A stretch of DNA of 64,000 nt, taken from assembly GCA_951406725.2 (NCBI GenBank), contig OX597823.1, positions 4,526,001 through 4,590,000 on the forward strand, written 5' to 3'. The DNA comes from Octopus vulgaris (lineage: Eukaryota). This document shows positions 24,757 through 35,640 of the stretch, piece by piece. How positions within the stretch are numbered: position 1 is the stretch's first letter; each line of letters opens with the position of its first letter. The position numbers and the translations under genes were made by a program. The notes under the pieces were generated by a model, which did not search any database, had not been told where the DNA came from, and saw nothing but the letters and a program-made list of their open reading frames with translations.

Positions 24757-25713
24757 GGACACATTCTCATATATGTTGCTATAACAACATCTCTAGTTAT
24801 TAAAGAAGGGAGATTTTTAGTTTAAGTTTTTCTGTTGATGGAGACTCATCGTTTTGTCAATGGACCTGGAAGTTGTTTGCAAACAGCAGCAGTAATTTTC
24901 TCCAGCTGAATACACATCATTGATTGGTTAAAATTACCCAAATACGACAACTTTAACACGAAATAACTTCTAAGATACAAAATTTTGTCAAAAACATTAA
25001 GAGTAAACCCTGTTCCATGTGACACATTCTTTCAGTATCCGAATTTTCAAAGTGTTTAGTTAAAAAAATTAATTAAAAAATCTGTCCGTCAAATTGAATA
25101 GATCCAATTTTTGCAAATTTGTATTCTACACATGGTAATTCATATGATCGTGCACAAACCAAAACCATCAATTTGGGTGTGCATGAGTCAAGACCTATTT
25201 AGTTGTTATTTTTAGCACACCTCCCTACCACCTCGATAGGTAGAATATATTTGTAAGTATGTGCTTTTTAGCAAAGAGGTTCTCATGCTTGGTTTGTTAC
25301 TATGGAAACAGGCATGAATGAGTCTGTGGCTTACGATTGGCTAAAATTACCAAAAATATTCAAACTTTAAAAGCTATTAACTTCTTATTTATTGATTTAT
25401 TGCGAAAATGAATTTCATGGCATTGATCAGTATATAAAACTACATCATTACCCAGAATATGAAATGAATTCGAACAGAAATTGAAGAGATGGATAATTGG
25501 CGGCCAAAGAGAAAAGATCATGGTTTTCATCTTGAATCTATTCTAGGACAACAATTCACAAAATTTTCTTTTACGAATTTTATTAACAAGAAATAAAAAG
25601 AATTAAATCTAAAAGTGCTCTCCAAATTAAAATCAAGGAAAGATAACTGTACAACAATCCTTACCGGTGTTGATTACCTCCCTTCCGCCTCCTGTTCGAC
25701 CGCCATTTACAAC

Positions 25714-25807
25714 ATGGGTTCCAGTTCGGATTTTTACCTCCGTTATTATGTTGGACATAAAGGGAAATTTGGGCACGAATTTTTGGAATTTGAATTCCGT
25801 CCCGATG
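25714..25807 (+). CDS. MAGOH: mago nashi exon 1 ([31 protein letters not shown])
   Basis: aacATGG start; [27 protein letters not shown] is the highly conserved Mago N-terminus; G|GTAAAT donor; 94 bp. Confidence 0.98.
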
Positions 25808-26029
25808 GTAAATAATCCTAGACAACTAATCATACTTTGTTTGTTATGTAATTTTTTGTTTCTTTCTCTCTTAATGAAATCATTTGCAAATTAGTTCCAA
25901 ACTTATAAAGACTTCTCTGTGTGTGTGTGTATATATATATATGCACGTATGTGTATATATACCTGTTATAATTTGTTATTTTTCTTGAGATTTATGAGTA
26001 CCCTATATGAAATAAAGGGTACTACTTGA

Positions 26030-26211
26030 GAACAGTGGTCCCGGTGCGCGCACTCGCGTATCCGTGCCAGCTAGTCATGACTAGTCGATCCTTTGTGTTT
26101 TGTGTGTTATTTACTTTGTTTAAAAAATTTTTTTTTTTGTTTTTTTTTACTTTGCTAGGTTGTTGTAGGATCGACTAGTCACGACTAGCTAGCGCACCGG
26201 GACCACTGTTC
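26030..26211. mobile_element. Small MITE-like element with nested terminal inverted repeats
   Basis: gaacagtggtcccggtgcgc...gcgcaccgggaccactgttc, with an inner pair agctagtcatgactagtcgatcct...aggatcgactagtcacgactagct around a T-rich spacer. Confidence 0.8.
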
Positions 26212-26556
26212 GCTACTAGTACCACGGTCGCTCGACGTCGTCACTAAATCTCAAATCAAACCATTTATTCCGCATAAACAAAATCAAAAACTGTAGTTGT
26301 AGAAAACCTTTAAAAATATGGAATGTTGTTGGTTGAGATGCTTTTGGTCAGAGGTTTGCTTAATCGAGATTAATCTGGGGCGAAATCACAGAATATAATT
26401 TAATGTATCCTGGATTCAACTGTGATGTGAAGTTATCTGAGACGTCAATTATTGTGTTGCCGGTTCGATTCTTGGCCAGACCAGAAGTAGCAAAAAGCAA
26501 TTAAATATTTTAAGAGTTTATTTATTCGTCTAAAAACTTATCAATTAATAAACAAC

Positions 26557-26684
26557 ATCCATCCATCCATCCATCCATCTATCTATCTATCCATCTATGT
26601 CTCTTTGTCTATCTACCTATCTATCTATCAACCTACCTGTCTGTCTATCTATCTATCTATCCATCTCTCTCTGTATCTATCTAC

Positions 26685-26715
<31 letters not shown>

Positions 26716-26729
26716 TCTATCTATGTCTC

Positions 26730-26786
<57 letters not shown>

Positions 26787-26795
26787 GTCTCTTTG

Positions 26796-26840
<45 letters not shown>

Positions 26841-26862
26841 GTCTCTCTGTCTATCTATCTAT
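26557..26862. repeat. (ATCC)/(ATCT)n microsatellite
   Basis: Seen directly; explains the spurious YLSI-repeat ORFs. Confidence 0.95.
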
Positions 26863-27811
26863 CGCAACTAAAGTATGGCCCCTCCCCGCCAACTCGGTTT
26901 TGTTTATGCAGAGATACATTTTAGATGGTGTAGATAATGATTATATGGGTGGAAATGTTGAGAAATTGGTTGTTTTTTTTATGAAGGATCGTTTCCCTGC
27001 CTCTCATCACACTTTGTTAAAATGCATATTTTTCAATGAGACTTTCCAGAGATATGTTGTTTTCGATGGTGTACTTTATTATTTAAAATATCATTTTTTT
27101 AAAAATTTTATATAGATAATCGTATTCTACACTCTCCAAACTAAATTTCCCCGAAACTTTCACCAAAGAATATGCATTCTTAAGAAAGTTATGAGGAAAC
27201 AAAATCGAGGGTATACTTCTGTACAGCCAGAGGACCTGGGTGAAGTATGATCCAAAACTCCTTCAAAAACGTCGTTTTTTAATATTATCAACATAATCGT
27301 GATCTACACTTTCGAAAACGTATCTCTGTGCAAAATTTCAAGAAAAAATTCGCGTTTTTCAGAAAGTATGAGGAAACAAAGTCGATGTGTGTGTGTATGG
27401 GATAGTGTCACCAATTTGTTGCTATGTCCAGAATAAACGGATTCCCGAATTCCTCATTGGTGAATCAAAGGCAAGACGAAGTGCTTCCTTAATTATACCC
27501 TTGAAAACAATCAAGAAATTTGTTTAGTGTTTACAACTGTAAAATTACCTACAATGCAGATGCGGACATAACTGTTTGGTTAAGAAGCTTGTGTTGCAAC
27601 CATGTGGCCTGTTTGAACATAAAAGAGGCAGAATATTTGGGCTGGATGTGGCCGGTTTAAATGCTAATGGGTTAAAGCAGTGCTCCACAAGCGGTGTGCC
27701 ATGGCACACTGGTGTGCCGCAGTGTAAGCTGAATATAATTTTCCCCCCATACTTCTAAGTTATATTTTTAGTTCAGGTGTGTTGCTGAGTTTTGAAAAGA
27801 ATATAAGTGTA

Positions 27812-28228
27812 CCATCATCATCATCATCATCATCATTTAATGTCCATTTTCCATGCTGGCATGGGTTGAACGGTTAGACTGAGGTCTGGAGAGCCAGCGG
27901 CTGCACAAGGCTCCAATCTGATTTGGCAGTCTGATCTGCCCTTCCTAACGCCAACCACTCTGAGAGTGTAGTGGGTGCTTTTTACATGCCACCAGCATAG
28001 GAGCCAATCAGGCGGGCCTAGCATCGATCACGTTAGGATGGTGCTTTTTACATGCCACAGGCATAAGTGCCAGTCAGTGGGCACTGGCATCAGCCATGAT
28101 CAGTTGGTGCTTTTTACGTGCCACAGGCACAAGTGCCAGTCAGGCAGACCTGGCATCAACCATGTTCGGACGGTGCTTTTTATGTGCCATCGGCACTGGA
28201 GCCAGTCTGGTGGACCTAGCATCAACTG
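27812..28228 (-). mobile_element. RTE LINE 3' UTR fragment with four 66-bp internal repeats
   Basis: (CAT)n tail at 27812; gtgctttt motif at 27975, 28041, 28107 and 28173 (66-bp period). Confidence 0.85.
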
Positions 28229-29157
28229 CAAGTGAAAAAATGCTGTGGAGCACTGGGTTAAAGGGAGAGACGACTCCCTGGACCCTGGCTTCTCTGGAGC
28301 AATTAAGTTATCGGAACAATTGCTAGAGAAAGTGATATAAAGAAGAAAGTGAAAACTGAAATGCTCTTTGGATTTACGTCAGGGAGAGGAATGGAGATGG
28401 TCACAGGAGAAGAATAGGGACATAAGAAAGATGTTGTTTTGGTGGGGTGTGTTGACCTTGGAGAAATTAGACAATACATGTTTGGTTGAGAGTATTTATT
28501 TACAGCTGATAACTCACTCTCGGTTTCTTGACGTGTGATAAAACCAACACAAGCATGTGAGCAACCCAGAGTTGTGATAAACTGAGTTATTAGTTTCAAA
28601 CAAATGAATCTACCTGCATACATCCATCTGTCCATTAATCAATCAATCAGCCATTCATTCAGTCATTGATCAGCAACATCATCTTTCTATGCTTGCATGG
28701 ATCAAACAAGATTATGTTGGAGCTGAGTTTTCTTTGCTCAGACGCCCCTCCTGAGACCACCTCTCACCTCTTTCCAAACAAAGTAAGAATCCCTTTGCCC
28801 ATTGGATGCTGAGTAACCCAGATATGCTTTTGTTGTGGACTGCTATTGTTTACAGTGAGCTAGAGACAAGTAAAGACGAGAGGTAATATGAACACACACA
28901 CACACAACGGGCTTCTTCAGTTTCCATCTACCAAGATATTGACCCATGGGTATCATATAGGACACAAGCCAGTGGTGTCCATGGAGTAGAACTGAACCTA
29001 AAACCATGTGGTTCTGAGGTGAACTTCTTAACCACACAATCATGGCTGTACCTGTATCTGTGTATGCACACACATATGTATTGTTCTGTGATATTTTTCT
29101 TGCCTTTCTCTGCCTAAAAAAAAGACTAACCATTTATTTAAACATTTCTATTTTCAG

Positions 29158-29216
29158 GTAAACTGCGCTATGCCAACAACTCCAATTACAAAAATGATAC
29201 TATGATTAGGAAAGAA
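29158..29216 (+). CDS. MAGOH: mago nashi exon 2 ((G)[19 protein letters not shown])
   Basis: ttttcag acceptor and GTAAGT donor; 59 bp; conserved Mago sequence. Confidence 0.98.
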
Positions 29217-29471
29217 GTAAGTAAACCAAATCATTGAAAATGACTGGAATGACCAATACAGGGTGGGTTAGCAGGGAATCTGTATACACACAGCCATGTC
29301 CTTGGGTGTACTTAGACTCCTTGTGAAATTAGGTCTGTAAAAGGTTTGGTGTGTGTGTGGTGGGGTGCAGCTTAGGATGAGGGTTAAACTAACCAGTTTT
29401 ATTTAACAATTCATCTAGATTCACTCATCTCTCCTGCCAAAGATGTCCTGGGTTCAATTTCACACTGGTAT

Positions 29472-30709
29472 TATTGGGTTGCCCAGAAAGTTTGTGCCGA
29501 TTTTTAAAGGAAAGAAAAAGGTCAATAAATACTTGCGATTACATTTTTAATCAACCAAATATGAACCATTTTGTTGCACAATGCATCTCCATCTTTCCTT
29601 TAACTTGAAAATACCCTCTTCCCAGAATTGAGATGGTTTCATGGCAAAGAATTCATCAAGGTATCTTTTTACATCATCCAAGGAATTGAAATTTTTACCA
29701 TTAAGACTATTCTGCAGAGACCTGAATAAGTGGAAATCCGAAGGAGCAGTATCTGGTGAATATGGAGGGTGGGGTAACACATCTCAGCCGAGCTGCAGCA
29801 ATTTTTGTCTGGTTCCCAAAGAAACGTGCGGTCTTGCATTATCATGTTTCTCTTGAATTGCTGCTTTTAACTTGTCCAGTTGTGTGCAGTATTTCTCAGA
29901 ATTAATTGTCTGGTTACTTGGGAGAAGCTCATAGTACAGAATTCCTTTCCAGACACAAAGCAAGACTTTTTAGGGTGAAGACCCGCTTTTGGGGTGGCTA
30001 AGGGTGGCTCATGTCGCTTACTCCAGTATTGCTTTCCCTGAACATTTCGGTAGATAATCCATTTCTCATCACCTGTCACAATTTGCTTTAAAAAAGGTGT
30101 GTTTTCATTCTGTTTATAAAGCAAATCACAGATAGAAATGTGATCCAAAAGGTTCTTCTCACACAACTCATGTGGTACCCAAACATCGTAGCCATTTGTG
30201 TACCCAAGCTTTACCAGGTGCTCATGAATGACGGATTTTGATAGGTTGAGGCTTTCTACCAATTCTCGGGTTGTGCAATGTGGGTTATTCTCAATTAATG
30301 ATTTGATTTGGTCATCATCTGTAGTGGATGGTCTGCCTGATTGCTATTTATCAATAAGGCTACAATCTCCAGCTTGGAACCTTACAAACCACTTCCGTAC
30401 AGTTCTTTTGGATAAAGAAACATCACCGTAAACTGCGCATATTTCTTTGGTTGCTTGTGAGGCATTTTTCCCTTTACGGAAAAAGAAAAGCATCAAGTGC
30501 CGAAATGAACGTTCTTATCTTCCATTTTAAAGGGTTACAGAATTAACACAGGTTATAGGAACATAAACCTTCTTCCACGAAAAGATAGCTTAAACTGTGC
30601 TCTAAATGGAGGTGTAGTCAAATCCTATTTTATGGACTCAACCATGTTCTAAAATAAGTCGAAAGGTAAGCTACTATAAATCGGCATGAACTTTCCAGGT
30701 AACCCAATA
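29472..30709 (-). mobile_element. mariner transposon with both TIRs and TA duplication; defective transposase
   Basis: TA-ttgggttgcccagaaagtttgtgccgattt ... aaatcggcatgaactttccaggtaacccaa-TA. Motifs WVPHEL, TGDEKW, HDNARPH and YSPDTAPSDFHLF (DD34D type), with frameshifts and an internal deletion before HDNARPH. Confidence 0.95.
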
Positions 30710-32478
30710 CATTCACGTTTGACTCCAATTAGATTTATTTATTCAAAACCCATGTAAATTATTTCTGGGCTGTCCAATTTCTTTCCATTATGTAAATGAG
30801 TTGTGTTTAGCATGGTTTTCTTCGCATATTTAATTAATCTCCATCCACTACCTAATCTCAGATTTGGTGAATTAATCCTGATTAGTTCAATATCATGAAA
30901 TAAATCATTTCAAACTTCCTAAGCTACTGGTGAGGGTCCTTATGAGGCCAAAAATTCACAAGGAGACTGGATATATATGGATAGAACTTTGTTTATTGTT
31001 AAATTACCATATGTATTGTCTTATTAGCTTTGACACCCTACTTTTTGTTGTGAAGAAATCTTAATCCTTCTTTAAGTTGCTTCAGAGTTATGTGGAATTA
31101 TTCATGATCAGCTGATCTGTATTGTAATTGATTCCTTGTTGATTAAAAGAGGAGAGATTTTTGGGAAAATGTTTTACTGCTCATCTAGACAGGTTGGAGG
31201 ACCGCATTTCCATCACAAGTTTTATTTTGCACTTGGCTTCTCCAGTTGGATGCCTTTCCTAATGCTTTATTGGGAGTATTGGGTATTGTTTTTCTTGGCA
31301 TCGTCATCAGGCAATTGTCATCTCCTCAACAAGACTAAAAAGCCACTTGGCCTTAAACTTCACAGAGTGCGCTGGGGTTATTTTAATTTTTCATGGCACC
31401 AACCTTTACAGAGGTAGATATGTCTAAAGAGAACTCTTTTAATTCCATGCCTGTTCTCTAACCAAACTCCTTTCTTCAATGAATGATAAGGGCATTCAGT
31501 ATTCTGAAACAAGGGTGTATCATGTAGGTGGTGTAAGCAAGAGGATAGAATGGTTGAGGAGATGGTGAGAACAGAGGTAGAACCATGATGTGTTGGTGAA
31601 AAGGAGCAAGAGGAAGGGGTGGGAGATATTTTGGCATTGCCTGTTTGACATCACTGGTCTGATGCTGACTTATTTGACATCGGATTTTTTAATCTTTCTC
31701 TGTCTCTCTGTTTATATGTGGGAGCATCTAGTTATGTTTGTATGTCTGTGTAATCTCTCTCTCTCTGTCTGTGTGTTTGCTTCCAGTGCCAAAATGTACT
31801 GCCACCAAAACAGATTGAATGTCCAATCAGGCTATGAAAAAATTGCCTGCGTCCAAGCAGCTGCATCCATTTATTTCATTTTGTAAAAGAGCATAAAGTG
31901 AAGAAGGAGAGGACAGAGGGAGGGCCAGGATCGTCATCATCATCATCATCATTTAACGTCTGCTTTCCATGCTGGCATGGGTTGGACGGTTTGACTGAGG
32001 ACTGACCAGCCAGAAGGCTGCACCAGGCTACAATCTGATCTGGCAAAGTTTCTGCAGCTGGATGCCCTTCCTATCGCCGACCACTCCGAGAGTGTAGTGG
32101 GTGCTTTTTACATGTAAACAAGGAGACAAAACCTACACACACACACACACATGCTTTTGTTTGTGTGTGTGTGTGTGTGTGTGTAGATTTGTCTTAGATG
32201 GTTAACTGGAAACTACAACTGTAAACACTTGCACAATCTGCCTCACAGTGGAATTGAACCGAGAACTATGTTGTTGCAAAACAACCTTCTTAACCACATA
32301 AAGATTTGGATAAAGTTTAAAACAAATTTTCTTCTACCATCATATATTGCAGTTCAAACCTTCCTGTTTCAATGTTTTTCTCTCTCTTTTGCTTTAATTC
32401 ACATCACTGACATTTAGTGAATAATTTCACTGATTTATCAAAAAAGATGTAAATTGTTTGTTTTTGTTTCTTATCTAG

Positions 32479-32589
32479 GCTTACGTGCACAAGTCAGTGA
32501 TGGAAGAACTGAAGAGGATTATTGAAGATTCTGAAGTAATGCGAGAAGATGATGAGTTGTGGCCCTCACCAGACAGGGTTGGCCGACAG
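32479..32589 (+). CDS. MAGOH: mago nashi exon 3 ([37 protein letters not shown])
   Basis: ttatctag acceptor and GTGCGT donor; 111 bp. Confidence 0.98.
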
Positions 32590-33136
32590 GTGCGTCCCCT
32601 TAAGAAATCAGCCCCCCCCCTTCTTGACTCCATTTCACATTGTGTGGGACTTCATCTAAGTACATTGGCTGAATCAGCCCTTCCTCTTTTCTACTGCATT
32701 CGGCATTGTCTCATTGTCAAGGACTTTAAAATGGAAGTCTTTCACCTCAGACTATGTCAAAGATGTTTAAAACTTTTGTGTTTGTTTATTTTAAGTCCAT
32801 TTTTCTATGCCAGCATGGATCCAGTGAATACATACTGAGGTGTTGTTTTACAGCTGGATGCTCTTGCTGTCACTAACCTCTATCTATTTTTCAAGTAAGG
32901 ATTTGTTTGCAGCTAACATCAACAAGCATTACTGTGCTTAACTCTGCACCCTTCATGTTATGAAGCAGAATGTAAGCACACAACAATACCCATGTCCATG
33001 GACGTGTGTGTGTGTGTAAGGGTCTTATTTTCTGTTTACCAAATTCACTCACAAAGCATAGATGACCCAGTGTGCTGCACAGTGGGGCTGATGCTAAAAC
33101 CATTTTTTATAACCCTTCTTATTACATATGAAACAA

Positions 33137-35240
33137 TATCCTGATGCGCTAAAGGTCAAGACTAAGAAACAAAACATCTAAGCTGACATCAAAACATGAA
33201 TTACAGAAAGTCCTTGACCAAATATACACATTAGAAGACAATCTAAAACAACACTATGATGAAGAACGTAACAATGCAGAAAAGAGAGCCATAGAAAACA
33301 TCAAGAAAAATCCAAAATGTTTCTACAGTTTTGCAAAGAAATACTCGAACACCAAGTCAACAATAGGACCTCTCCAGAGACAAAATGGGGATGTAGTGAA
33401 TAACCCTATTGAAATGGCAGAAATGTTGGGTCAACAGTATGAAAGTGTCTTCAGTGAGCCATCTAAAACCATGAAGATCCATGACCCAGGAAAATTCTTC
33501 AAGGATATCGACCATACTAAACCTACCCTATCCGACATTGATTTCAACCCAGAAGACATAGCAAGAGCCATAGACAAGCTCTCCATGCACTCGGCTGCGG
33601 GGCCTGACGGTTTCAATGCCATGATACTTAAAAACTGCAAGGCACAATTGTCAAAACCCCTTTACATGATATGGAGGGAATCTATGGAGAATGGCAAAAT
33701 ACCAAATACATATAAAGAAGCACATATAACTCCAATACATAAAGGGGATAGCAAATCAAAACCAAAGAACTACCGACCAATCTCACTGACATCACACATT
33801 ATCAAGGTCTTCGAAAGAATAGTTCGTGGAAAACTGGTTGAGTTCCTGGAATCCAACAATCTGATGAATTGCAACCAGCATGGATTCAGGTTAGGTAGAT
33901 CATGCCTTTCCCAACTACTGGCACACCATGACCAAATCCTAGAAAATCTAGAGAATGGATACAACACAGATGTTATCTACCTCGACTTTGCCAAGGCATT
34001 TGACAAGGTAGATCATGGCATCCTGGGTCACAAACTTCGAAAGCTAGGAGTAGGAGGAAAAGTTGGTACATGGATACACGAGTTCCTTACAAATAGAACT
34101 CAAACAGTCACTGTGAATGGAACCCATTCAACACCATCACCTGTGACCAGCAGTGTTCCTCAGGGTACAGTACTCGGCCCAATCCTGTTTCTCATCCTCA
34201 TCTCTGACATAGATGAAGATACAACCAGCAACGTCTCATCCTTTGCTGATGACACCAGGGTCATGAGACAAATCAAAGACGAGGTGGATACAGAGGCCTT
34301 ACAAAAGGACCTGACCACCATATATAAATGGCAGGAAACAAACAACATGTTGTTCAATGATAAGAAGTTTGAACTAATTCGCTACGGAACAGATCAAGAT
34401 CTGAAAAATACAACAAACTACAGAAACCCATCAGGACAACAAATAATGGAAAAACAGTATGTGAAAGATTTAGGCATCCACATGGGAACCAACCTAAAAT
34501 TCAGAGAACACCTTGACTCAGTCTGTCTTACTGCAAGAAAGTACAGCGGGTGGATCTTGCGCACCTTCAAATCAAGAGATACCTCAACAATGAAAACCCT
34601 CTGGAACAGTATGATACTTCCGAGGATTGACTATTGTTCTCAGTTGTGGTCACGAACAACAAAGGGCCAACTATCTAAGATAGAATCGCTCCAAAGAAAT
34701 TTTACCTCATACTTCTCAGAAACGAGGGACCTGGACTATTGGCAAAGACTCAAAACCTTGAGGATGTACTCAATAGAAAGAAGATTTGAGCGATACCGAA
34801 TTATATACATTTGGAAAATGATAGAGCAGAAGGTGCCAAACTTTGGTATCAAAACCTACCACTCACTGCGCCACGGAAGACGCTGCCAGCTGCCACCAAT
34901 CAACAAAAAGGCTGGCCAGGCAGCAAAAACCCTGCGAGAATCAAGTCTGTTGGTTCGAGGAGCACAACTGTTCAACTCCATTCCGGTACATGTCAGAAAT
35001 CTATCAGGATGCAGTGTGGAATCATTCAAATTGCAACTGGATAGATACTTAAGCACCATTAGAGATGAACCCCATCTCCCAGGATATACACAACGAGCAC
35101 AAACTGACTCAAACTCGCTCCTACACATGTCAAATTTAAGCAGAGAATACAACCTGGCAACCACACCAGACTCTGAGGGTGGAGTCTTCGACTTGGTCTG
35201 AGCATGGACTCAAACCCAAATGAAATGAAAAAATGAAAAA
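33137..35240 (+). mobile_element. 5'-truncated non-LTR retrotransposon (CR1/L2-like group) with an unbroken RT frame and an (AAATG)-like 3' tail
   Basis: The frame is open from 33153 to the stop at 35201. RT motifs AAGPDG, NYRPISLTS, QHGFR, LDFAKAFDKVDH, VPQGTVLGPILF, FADD and KDLGI; no endonuclease domain. 3' end aaatgaaatgaaaaaatgaaaaa. Confidence 0.93.
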
Positions 35241-35241
35241 T

Positions 35242-35640
35242 GTAAAGTATACTAGCCATCTCAATATGGCTAACCACTAAGGGTGGGTGTTACTGTAGCT
35301 TGTAGCCCCAGGAGATCATCGTCTCCAGCTGGCTTTAGGCACACGTTTTGTGCCCTTATGGTATTTGCAAAGGGAGGTCATCCCTCTCTCATCAACCTAA
35401 GTGATACGCACGGACTGCAGTTTCTAGGTATTTGCCTGTCTTCAGCGTACGGCAATCACCGGTTTTCGATGAAGGGAGACCTGTTTGCAAATCCTTATTT
35501 ATTGTTTTTCCAGTAACTTCCGTCACTGATTTCGAAAAACTGTCTGCAAGCATTATTAAATCCCTGAACGAGATGTAAACAGTAACTGCTCGACAACGTA
35601 AAGTATACTAGCCATCTCAATATGGCTAACCACTAAGGGT
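35242..35640 (-). mobile_element. Retrozyme-like unit: 356-nt structured monomer plus 43-nt terminal direct repeat, containing a hammerhead motif
   Basis: gtaaagtatactagccatctcaatatggctaaccactaagggt is identical at 35242-35284 and 35598-35640; internal hammerhead motif and several hairpins. Confidence 0.75.
35401..35459 (-). ncRNA. Type I hammerhead ribozyme motif
   Basis: Minus strand GUGAU-UGC-CGUACG CUGAAGA CAGG-CAAAUA-CCUA GAAAC-UGCA-GUC CGUGCG-U-AUCAC. It has the conserved CUGANGA/GAAA core, a GUC triplet, stem I with an internal loop, and a palindromic stem III. Confidence 0.85.

Noticed and set aside
25615-25713. N-terminal extension of Mago from the upstream GTG in the ORF track
   Set aside because: Conservation starts at the ATG at 25714, which has a good aacATGG context; the upstream part is likely promoter or 5' UTR.
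26597-27115. 172-aa YLSI-repeat ORF (likewise the YI/HT-rich ORFs at 21.5, 24.6 and 56 kb)
   Set aside because: These are translations of microsatellites.
33396-35201. RT ORF as a retron, group II intron, DGR or domesticated host gene
   Set aside because: The motifs and C-terminus are of non-LTR LINE type, it is 5'-truncated with an upstream in-frame stop and no ATG context, and it has a simple-repeat LINE tail.
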